DNA of 64,000 bases from Oligoflexia bacterium. GTDB taxonomy: Bacteria > Bdellovibrionota > UBA1018. A program made the position numbers and the translations under genes. Position 1 is the stretch's first letter. The number at the start of each line of letters is the position of its first letter. Below are positions 1-7,844 of this stretch, one piece after another. The notes beneath the pieces were generated by a model that saw nothing but the letters and a program-made list of their open reading frames with translations, was not told the origin of the DNA and made no database searches. Where the stretch lies: positions 1-64,000 of the forward strand of contig CAVWVI010000004.1 in the NCBI GenBank assembly GCA_963758495.1, in the 5' to 3' direction.

Positions 1-651
1 TTGCTTTAAGTGGCCTTTCTGATTAGTCGAGTAATTGCAGTCCTTCACGTTACATACGAAAGGCTTCTCTCCTGTGTGAATCATTTGATGTTGCTGAAAA
101 GGCGATTTATGATTAGAAGCGTACTTGCAGCCTTTAAAGGCACATTTGAATCGCTTCTTTTCTGTGTCGTTCAGTAGAGTGTCTAGGTCAATATTCAATT
201 CTTCTTTGTTTTCTAGAATGTGAACAACTAAATCTTTTTGCTCTTCGAGGTATGGCCAGCATTGGGACGAATCAAGCTCTTCTGTATTTATGAGAAGGTC
301 ATTATCGCATAAATCTAGTTGTTCCTGAACTTCCTTCCACGCATTTTCAACACCTTCTTCAGTCAACTCCCCTTCATCTACTGAAAGAAATAGATCTAAA
401 CTTTGTTGTGAAATACAATATTGCGCTACAAGATCCGCTTGATCTTTATCCGCTTCTTGAGTTCTTTGTCTTTTGTTAGAATTTTCCTCATACTCACTCG
501 AAACGGTATCGAATTGAATAATTAAATCCCTAGCAGTAAAAGCATCTTCGCTCACTTCAAGCATTCGTTTATGATCACTGACCGCAAAGGACTGAGACGA
601 AAGTAAACATATGGACGATATGACTAATATAGCGTGACTTAAATAATTCAT
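1..651 (-). CDS. Secreted C2H2 zinc-finger protein, copy C (runs off the window start)
   Basis: ATG at 651 after GAGGGATT. N-terminus is near-identical to 660-1445. My translation of the fingers: CAFKGCKYASNHKSPFQQHQMIH-TGEKPF-VCNVKDCNYSTNQKGHLKQ. Not in the ORF track. Confidence 0.9.
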   Translation of the reverse strand, partial: MNYLSHAILVISSICLLSSQSFAVSDHKRMLEVSEDAFTARDLIIQFDTVSSEYEENSNKRQRTQEADKDQADLVAQYCISQQSLDLFLSVDEGELTEEGVENAWKEVQEQLDLCDNDLLINTEELDSSQCWPYLEEQKDLVVHILENKEELNIDLDTLLNDTEKKRFKCAFKGCKYASNHKSPFQQHQMIHTGEKPFVCNVKDCNYSTNQKGHLKQ

Positions 652-659
652 AATCCCTC

Positions 660-1445
660 TTATTCATTGAATTGAATAGTTTTTATTGTGTGAGCCAGTT
701 GATGCCTCTTGAAGTTGCTTTTATGATTAGTCGAGTATTCGCAGTTCTTCACGTTACATACGAAAGGCTTCTCTCTTGTGTGAATCATTTGATGTACCTT
801 GAAGTGGCCTTTATGATTAGTCGAGTAATTGCAGTCCTTCACGTTACATACGAAAGGCTTCTCTCCTGTGTGCATCATTTGATGTTGCTTGAAGTGGCCT
901 TTATGAGTAGTTGAGTACTTGCAGCCTTTAAAGTCACATTTGAATCGCTTCTTTTCTGTGTCGTTCAGTAGAGTGTCTAGGTCAATATTCAATTCTTCTT
1001 TGTTTTCTAGAATGTGAACAACTAAATCTTGTTGCTCTTCGAGGTATGGCCAGCATTGGGACGAATCAAGCTCTTCTGTATTTACGAGAAGGTCATTATC
1101 GCATAAATCTAGTTGTTCCTGAACTTCCTTCCACGCATTTTCAGCACCTTCTTCAGTCAACTCCCCTTCATCTACTGAAAGAAATAGATCTAAACTTTGT
1201 TGTGAAATACAATATTGCGCTACAAGATCTGCATGATCTTTATCCGCTTCTTGAGTTCTTTGTCTTTTGTTAGAATTTTCATCATACTCACTCGAAACGG
1301 TATCGAATTGAATAATTAAATCCCTAGCGGTAAAAGCATCTTCGCTCACTTCAAGCATTCGTTTATGATCGCTGACCGCAAAGGACTGAGACGAAAGTAA
1401 ACATATGGACGATATGACTAATATAGCGTGACTTAAATAATTCAT
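660..1445 (-). CDS. Secreted C2H2 zinc-finger protein, copy B (3 fingers)
   Basis: Signal-like MNYLSHAILVISSICLLSSQSFA, basic KRQR, acidic region, three Cx4C-x12-Hx3H fingers with TGEKPF/TREKPF linkers. Confidence 0.92.
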   Translation of the reverse strand: MNYLSHAILVISSICLLSSQSFAVSDHKRMLEVSEDAFTARDLIIQFDTVSSEYDENSNKRQRTQEADKDHADLVAQYCISQQSLDLFLSVDEGELTEEGAENAWKEVQEQLDLCDNDLLVNTEELDSSQCWPYLEEQQDLVVHILENKEELNIDLDTLLNDTEKKRFKCDFKGCKYSTTHKGHFKQHQMMHTGEKPFVCNVKDCNYSTNHKGHFKVHQMIHTREKPFVCNVKNCEYSTNHKSNFKRHQLAHTIKTIQFNE

Positions 1446-1469
1446 AATCCCTCTTATTCATTGAATTGA

Positions 1470-2441
1470 TTAGTTTTTTATTGTGTGAGTCAATTGATGC
1501 CTATTGAGGTCTTGTTTGTAATTAGTCGAGTATTTACAGTCGTTCACGTTACATACGAAAGCCTTCTCTCCTCTGTGAATCATTTGATGCCTCTTGAGGT
1601 TGCTTTTATGACTAGCCGAGAATTTACAGTCGTTCACGTTACATACGAAAAACTTCTCCCCTGTGTGAATCAATTGATGCCTCTTGAGGTCGTGTTTGTA
1701 CTTAGTCGAGTAATTGCAGTCCTTCATGTTACATTCGAAGGGCTTCTCTCCTGTGTGAATCAGTTGATGTTTCTTAAAAGACCATTTATTATTAGAACCG
1801 CCGTAATTGCAGCCGTTAAAGTCACATTTGAATTGTTTCTTTTCTGTGTCGTTCAGTAGAGTGTCTAGGTCAATATTCAATTCTTCTTTGTTTTCTAGAA
1901 TGTGAACAAATAAATCTTGTTTCTTTTCGAAGTATGGCCAGCATTGGAACGAATCAAGCTCTTCTGAATTTACGAGAAGGTCATTATCGCATAAATCTAG
2001 TTGTTCCTGAACTTCCTTCCACGCATTTTCAGCACCTTCTTCAGTCAACTCCCCTTCATCTACTGAAAGAAATAGATCTAAACTTTGTTGTGAAATACAA
2101 TATTGCGCTACAAGATCCGCTTGATCTTTATCCGCTTCTTGAGTTCTTTGTCTTTTGTTAGAATTTTCGTAAGTAGTTCCTTTAGGGCTGCTTACAAGCC
2201 CGTCAAGGAGGCCTGTTGTGTCGTAAAGATTTGGATTCTCGGCGCAACAGGACTCCTTGACGGGCTTACAATTTTCTTCATCCTCACTTGAACCGGCATC
2301 GAGTTGAACAATTAAATCCCTAGCGGTAAAAGCATCTTCGCTCACTTCAAGCATGCGTTTATGATCACTGACCGCAAAGGACTGAGGTGAAAATAAACAT
2401 ATGGATGATACGACTAACATAGCATGACTTAAATAATTCAT
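1470..2441 (-). CDS. Secreted C2H2 zinc-finger protein, copy A (4 fingers)
   Basis: ORF 1470-2495; ATG 2441 preferred because it has the same RBS and N-terminus as the paralogues. Four C2H2 fingers and an extra N-terminal insertion. Confidence 0.92.
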   Translation of the reverse strand: MNYLSHAMLVVSSICLFSPQSFAVSDHKRMLEVSEDAFTARDLIVQLDAGSSEDEENCKPVKESCCAENPNLYDTTGLLDGLVSSPKGTTYENSNKRQRTQEADKDQADLVAQYCISQQSLDLFLSVDEGELTEEGAENAWKEVQEQLDLCDNDLLVNSEELDSFQCWPYFEKKQDLFVHILENKEELNIDLDTLLNDTEKKQFKCDFNGCNYGGSNNKWSFKKHQLIHTGEKPFECNMKDCNYSTKYKHDLKRHQLIHTGEKFFVCNVNDCKFSASHKSNLKRHQMIHRGEKAFVCNVNDCKYSTNYKQDLNRHQLTHTIKN

Positions 2442-2695
2442 AATCCCTCTTATTAATTTAATATAATTTATATAAGCAAGCCTTAGACCATCCATAATGG
2501 ATTGCGCAATATCTTAAAATTTCTGTTTAATTTTATATATTTATTTTAATAAATTTAATTAAGTGAACAATAGATCGACATTTCTGATCTGTAGAAGGAT
2601 TTTACAATTGACGAATGGGTCAATAAAATTAATCAATAAAATCAGTTGTTAAACCCATTTTAATGAATGAAATTCGTTTTTTTAAAATCCGCAGT

Positions 2696-3607
2696 TCACT
2701 CTCCAACATCAGGATTGACCCCTAGACTTAAAGCTAACGCCAAAGTGAGCCATTGCATTTCTACAAGGGAGGAAACCCAAGACAACGCCCCTGCTCGAGG
2801 AACGCAGGTTCGATAATCAGCCTGTATCTGTTTCTCTCTCGGATCACCCGCAACCGAAACATGCCAAATTCTCTCTGCGGCGCCCCGTTTTTTAGTCAAA
2901 ACCTGAGGCCCATGAAAAAACTCTTCGCTACTAAAAACAGGACACCGAAGAGAGGCCATTTCTGTTAATTTAAGTGCAATTTCGCGAGCAATCCACTCAC
3001 CTTCCCACTCCCCCAATAAAACGGTAGGAGGATACTGAATGCGTTCTCGCAATTGTTTTAAATCTGGATTCGGCTTTGAACTCATCGAATTCCAAAACGC
3101 TATTGCCCTAGGTCCCAATAAAAGTGATGTTACTGCACAAATGGCACTCGTCATTCCAACAGTGTGTGGTTCACATTTTTCAACTTCAGATGTAGATAAC
3201 ATAAGTTGGGCTAATGAAGGTTTCGTAGTACCTTTAGCGGCTACAAAAACAATGTAGGCACCTGTGTGCGCACATTTTTCTAAAGCCTGAAGAGTAACTC
3301 GGGTTTGACCTCGATGACTCAAAGAGAATATCCAGTCGTCTTTTGCAGGAATGACATCGACCCCAATCCCAAGACTAGAGCAAGCAATGACTGGAATCGG
3401 GGAGCGTACTGAATCGAGCTGCATACTTCGAATCAGTGAATAAGCTATCAACTTCGCCGCAAAATAACTACTTCCTACCCCGAATAGGAGAATTCGACGA
3501 GGGGGCTGATGCGGTAAACTATGAATCCAGCCTCCGCTTACAACTTCTCGACTGATCACTCTCCACGTTTGCCGTTGAGACAAAAGAGCTTCTTCTACTA
3601 GACTCAT
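2696..3607 (-). CDS. SIS-domain sugar isomerase-like protein (GlmS/FrlB isomerase-like)
   Basis: GVGSSY, SHRGQT, EIALKLTEMA and EEFFHGP motifs. Confidence 0.8.
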   Translation of the reverse strand: MSLVEEALLSQRQTWRVISREVVSGGWIHSLPHQPPRRILLFGVGSSYFAAKLIAYSLIRSMQLDSVRSPIPVIACSSLGIGVDVIPAKDDWIFSLSHRGQTRVTLQALEKCAHTGAYIVFVAAKGTTKPSLAQLMLSTSEVEKCEPHTVGMTSAICAVTSLLLGPRAIAFWNSMSSKPNPDLKQLRERIQYPPTVLLGEWEGEWIAREIALKLTEMASLRCPVFSSEEFFHGPQVLTKKRGAAERIWHVSVAGDPREKQIQADYRTCVPRAGALSWVSSLVEMQWLTLALALSLGVNPDVGE

Positions 3608-5064
3608 TTTTTTATTTGAGAGAGTTCATTAAAAAGATGAACTTGACTTAAACAAGCACTCTGAAGGTCATGGATCAATACACTTTCATTCTCTCCATGT
3701 GCATTGGTGTATGGATCTTCTACTCCAATCAACAGCGCTGGAGCTCCTCCTAAGGCATCAGCAAAGGGTTGAACAAAAGGAATACTTCCACCTGCTCCAA
3801 TTTTAAATGGAGCTTTCCCATACCCCAGGGTCAGCGCTCGTTCTGCAGCTTCAAAGGCCGGACCCTTTGCGTCAGTTGCCCAAGCTCCATTACAGGCCTC
3901 TACTTTCAACTGAACTTCTAATCCCCAGGGCACTTGTGCCTGGAGATGATCTTGGAGTTGCTGAAGTACTTTTTGAGGGTCCATATCAGCAACCACTCGA
4001 ATTGTGACTTTTGCCCACGCAATATCATTAATAATATTTCCAGCCTGATGCCGGGAAGAAGCTTGAATAGCATTCACAGTAAGACTCGGAAGGCGCCAAA
4101 GTTGTACTAACGGCGATGGGTCCATTTTTAAAAACTGAGCGCTCGGTATCATTCCAGATTGTTCTCGAAAGTCTTTTTCATTAAATGGAATTTTTTGAAG
4201 CTCGGATTTTTCTTGCGGATGAATAGGTCGAACCTGATCTAATACTCCAGGTATAGCAATCTGCCCACCTGAGTCGACCAAGCTCGATAACATTTTTGCA
4301 AGTGCCATAGCAGGATCAGGAATAGGCCCTCCCCACATTCCTGAATGAACTGTTTTTGTGAGAGCTCTCACTTCCACTTCGACACCCACTAATCCTCGAA
4401 GCGCGACGGTTAAAGCGGGAATGCCACAATCAAAATTTCCAGTATCAGTCAATACAAGAATATCTGCATCGAGTTCATCACGATAAGACTCAAGGAAGTG
4501 AGAAAGATGAGAACTTCCCACCTCTTCTTCACCTTCAATAATGACTTTCACATTGACCGGCAATTCTCCCTGCGTTCTCAAATAGGAAGAAATAGCAGAG
4601 GTATGAACGATGATACCCGCTTTATCATCTGCCGATCCTCTTCCATAGAGTCGCTTGCCTCCTGGACCTTCTTTTTCTGTAGGCTCAAAAGGAGGAGTCT
4701 CCCAAAGCTCTTCCCTCCCTGGAGGTTGGACATCATGGTGGGCGTATAGAAGTAAAGTCGGCTTACCCGGTGCTCTCATTCGCTCCCCATAAACATAGGG
4801 GTGAGCTCCTGGAATTTTTAAGATTTTTACGTTTTCTAATCCGCGATTTTTTAAAAGCGCAGCGACTGCTTCAGCACTGTGTTGCAATTCTGACTCAGGA
4901 AAACCGGAAAAACTCACGCTAGGAATACGAACTAAAGTTTTCAAATCCTCCAAGAAGACATTAAAATTTTCTTTTAAATAACGGGTAGTTTCGTTCACTT
5001 TCTCATTCATGATGGCATTTTGCATACACTCGAGCATCTTGACAACAAGAAAGCTTCCGGTCAA
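3604..5064 (-). CDS. M20/M25/M40 family metallo-dipeptidase
   Basis: YAHHDVQP, GRGSADDKAG, EGEEEVGS, HSGMWGG and NAHGENE motifs. True start is probably a downstream ATG. Confidence 0.9.
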   Translation of the reverse strand: MTGSFLVVKMLECMQNAIMNEKVNETTRYLKENFNVFLEDLKTLVRIPSVSFSGFPESELQHSAEAVAALLKNRGLENVKILKIPGAHPYVYGERMRAPGKPTLLLYAHHDVQPPGREELWETPPFEPTEKEGPGGKRLYGRGSADDKAGIIVHTSAISSYLRTQGELPVNVKVIIEGEEEVGSSHLSHFLESYRDELDADILVLTDTGNFDCGIPALTVALRGLVGVEVEVRALTKTVHSGMWGGPIPDPAMALAKMLSSLVDSGGQIAIPGVLDQVRPIHPQEKSELQKIPFNEKDFREQSGMIPSAQFLKMDPSPLVQLWRLPSLTVNAIQASSRHQAGNIINDIAWAKVTIRVVADMDPQKVLQQLQDHLQAQVPWGLEVQLKVEACNGAWATDAKGPAFEAAERALTLGYGKAPFKIGAGGSIPFVQPFADALGGAPALLIGVEDPYTNAHGENESVLIHDLQSACLSQVHLFNELSQIKK

Positions 5065-5078
5065 AGTGTTTTCAACCT

Positions 5079-5726
5079 ATGAGTACCCCCCCTACACGAA
5101 TCAAATTGAACGCTTCCTTTTGGCGACATGCAAGCTGTATCCCCTTTTCCGAAGATGTCGTACCCTCGAGTCTTTTCCTTAAGCATAGACATTTTTTAAT
5201 TATCGACGTGGAGACTCAAAAATTGGTTCAAGAGGTCGGAGGATGGGACCATGTTGATCAGTTAGGAATCTCTGTAGCGTGTGCCTATGACAGTAAAACG
5301 GATCAGTTTATAGCTTATCGAGAAAATGAACTTAAAAAACTGATTGAACTCTGCGAAGAACGTTTAGTGATCGGATATAATATCCGTGGATTTGACTTAC
5401 CTGTCATGGTTCCTTATGGACTCAACCCTAAAAAACTGGATGTCTTTGATATCATGTACGATCTTGAAGCTCTGACTCGTCAAAGATTTCTGAAGCTCGA
5501 AGCGGTTGCCCGAGGAACATTAGGCACTGGGAAATCGGCAGACGGCCTCCTTGCTGTGGAATGGTGGAAGTCAGGACAAGTTCAAAAAATTATTGATTAC
5601 TGTACCCAAGACGTCAAAGTCACTCGTGATATTTTCCAGTTTGGCCGACAAAATGGCTTTATCAGAATTCAACGTTCTGCTGAAGCAGATGCTAAGGTGA
5701 CACAGGTTCCAGTTCAATGGAATTAA
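5079..5726 (+). CDS. RNase H-like (YprB/RNase_H_2-type) DEDD exonuclease
   Basis: IDVET, GYNIRGFDLP and DYCTQDV motifs. Confidence 0.8.
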   Translation: MSTPPTRIKLNASFWRHASCIPFSEDVVPSSLFLKHRHFLIIDVETQKLVQEVGGWDHVDQLGISVACAYDSKTDQFIAYRENELKKLIELCEERLVIGYNIRGFDLPVMVPYGLNPKKLDVFDIMYDLEALTRQRFLKLEAVARGTLGTGKSADGLLAVEWWKSGQVQKIIDYCTQDVKVTRDIFQFGRQNGFIRIQRSAEADAKVTQVPVQWN

Positions 5727-5729
5727 GGG

Positions 5730-5803
5730 TAAAGATTGAATAGGGTCCTGTGGCAGCGGGGAGCGGGATCTTTACGCTGCTACAGGACCCTATTCAATCT
5801 TTA
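5730..5803. repeat. 29-bp-stem palindrome (terminator or small MITE)
   Basis: TAAAGATTGAATAGGGTCCTGTGGCAGCG ... CGCTGCTACAGGACCCTATTCAATCTTTA, one mismatch, just after the exonuclease stop codon. Confidence 0.8.
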
Positions 5804-5957
5804 TCAACACCCCTAAAGGAACAACCCTAAAGGAAGGTCATAAAAAAACTTATCATTTCAACTCTCTGCGTCGTGACTCTTGCAAAACTTCGTTTACAAT
5901 CTACTTAACCAGGGATGGGAAAATAGAACCCAAGGATGGGTTTTGTATTAATGATTC

Positions 5958-6121
5958 ATTGTGCGCCTGTCACGAAGGATGAATTGCGAAAATCCATAAA
6001 AAATTCAAATACTCATCCAAGCAAAATGACGATATGAGCCCACTCACCATACAGTCATTAATAAAGGCGATGTCATCATGATGACTTAGCTTGAGTTCAT
6101 CCTTCGTGGCAGGCGCACAAT
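5958..6121. mobile_element. MITE-like palindromic element, copy 1
   Basis: About 26-bp TIR ATTGTGCGCCTGTCACGAAGGATGAA / TTCATCCTTCGTGGCAGGCGCACAAT. Homologous copy at 43243-43405. Confidence 0.8.
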
Positions 6122-6127
6122 CAATGA

Positions 6128-6661
6128 TTACCTCAATGACTCAATCAGATGGTTTGAAATTTCACTGGCAATCCGAGGCCACCCGAGCTGCCCCCTACAA
6201 CCCTGGCGTTCAATCAAAACCCCATCCGCTCGTATGAGACTCACACGAACAGGATAGAGACAACCGTGAAAAACTCGCTCTGGTTCTTGCATAGCCGCAT
6301 TTAAACGCGCTAACTCTTCCCGCACTGCCTCTGTGGATAACCCCTGTGAACCTACGCTTTCAGTTTTTTTCTCGGTGGCTTGAGGCTTGAGTATTTCAGG
6401 AGAAATCATAATTTGTGGCTTCCCTGGCCCTCGAATTGTCACATGAATCACAAAACTAAAAGGTCCTGCCCATTTCTCATGGGGACCGGGGTACTCAATA
6501 TAAGCCTCCACTAACGGAGAGGAAGCTTCAGATGTAGGATGATCGGGAGTTATAATATCACTCGTAGGTGTAAAACAGCCTTGAAAAAGACTGCCCATCC
6601 CCAAAAGAATTAGGAAGAGAAGTACGAAGAGAATTGCGATTTTAAGACCATCTCGTATCAT
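6128..6661 (-). CDS. Hypothetical membrane-anchored or lipoprotein
   Basis: 177-aa ORF with a hydrophobic N-terminus followed by QGC. Confidence 0.65.
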   Translation of the reverse strand: MIRDGLKIAILFVLLFLILLGMGSLFQGCFTPTSDIITPDHPTSEASSPLVEAYIEYPGPHEKWAGPFSFVIHVTIRGPGKPQIMISPEILKPQATEKKTESVGSQGLSTEAVREELARLNAAMQEPERVFHGCLYPVRVSLIRADGVLIERQGCRGQLGWPRIASEISNHLIESLR

Positions 6662-6678
6662 AAAGTATTTATCCTAAT

Positions 6679-7680
6679 TCAGTTCTTTTTACTTTCTATC
6701 GGCTTCGTGTTTTCAAGAGAGGGATTAATCTGAGCCATTTTTTGCAAACATTGATTCTTTTGAGAATTGAAAAACAGTGGAACAGTGCATCCAGGAGGAG
6801 AGAGTTCAGTCGCCAGACTTGAAGATACGGCCCAACCCTCTTCTGAATAAGATCCAGCTCCACACGCAGATTCTTGATCAACCTCTAGACACTTGAGAAG
6901 AGGATTCCAAGGTGAATCGGCACCTACTCTTTTCAGTTCACAAGGAGCCCAACTTTGAGCGACTAATCGTGTCATTTCAAATAATGACCGTTTGGGCTCA
7001 TGGCTCACCAGCTTTACAAAACCTCCACTGATGCGAAGAATTGGCATTCCTTGATTATCCTGAACCCAAATTCCAATCCCTCTCCAACTTAAATCGGGTT
7101 CTTCAATTGAGGGCGGTCGTTCGATCTTTAAATCTTGAAGCTGAGTCTCCATCAAGGTCACATTTTTATCAGAAAACCGCGCATGGTTTTTTAAGAGCCA
7201 GCCATGCAAAAGACGTTTTGCCTCATGAAACTGATCAGTGACCTGAACCCAATCTTCACGCGAAACCTTTGTATTTTGAAATCCTTCGCCCGGATATTCA
7301 ACTTTCAAACAGGCGTTTTTATTCGAGCTCTCCGGAGTGAGATTCCCTTGAGGAGCTCCATTTTTTTTCAGGCTATTTTCTTTAACGACTTCCTGTTGCA
7401 CAAGGCTTTTTTTATCAGAGTGATCTTCTAAAGCATCCTTCTTATCTGGCTTTTCTAGATCATCTGGCTTTTCTGAAACCCGATTTTCTGGGGTCATGAC
7501 TTCGTTTTGAAGAGGGGTTTTCAATTTCAATACCACACTAGAGTCTTGAGTCGGTTGAGGAGTCATTTTCAGCTCTGATTCAGGCTGAAATGAACGAATT
7601 TTAAAAAAAACTCCCGCTGCAATTACCGATATTGAAAAAAGAAGAAGGAATAAAACAATCTTTCGACGATATTCACGCAT
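6679..7680 (-). CDS. Hypothetical membrane-anchored protein
   Basis: 333-aa ORF with an N-terminal TM helix, charged linker and Cys-containing C-terminal domain. Confidence 0.7.
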   Translation of the reverse strand: MREYRRKIVLFLLLFSISVIAAGVFFKIRSFQPESELKMTPQPTQDSSVVLKLKTPLQNEVMTPENRVSEKPDDLEKPDKKDALEDHSDKKSLVQQEVVKENSLKKNGAPQGNLTPESSNKNACLKVEYPGEGFQNTKVSREDWVQVTDQFHEAKRLLHGWLLKNHARFSDKNVTLMETQLQDLKIERPPSIEEPDLSWRGIGIWVQDNQGMPILRISGGFVKLVSHEPKRSLFEMTRLVAQSWAPCELKRVGADSPWNPLLKCLEVDQESACGAGSYSEEGWAVSSSLATELSPPGCTVPLFFNSQKNQCLQKMAQINPSLENTKPIESKKN

Positions 7681-7844
7681 CTTTATATAGCCTACCTAGT
7701 TATAGTCTAACAGCACAGCCCGCCAGCAACAAAGAATATAATTCTGAGCACCTCGCAAGCAATGCGTCATTATCAGGTAATATCAAGATAACAGACTGAG
7801 GAGGGCTGAGGCGGACTGAGACGAACTGAGATAAATACTTGGAT

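Noticed and set aside
1..1830. Regularly spaced 90-bp repeats as a CRISPR array
   Set aside because: They are in-frame zinc-finger coding units without unique spacers; no cas genes are present.
7791..7830. Four 10-bp CTGAG-ending repeats, and a 12-bp coding repeat near 8605-8635
   Set aside because: Short slippage-type repeats with no supporting context.
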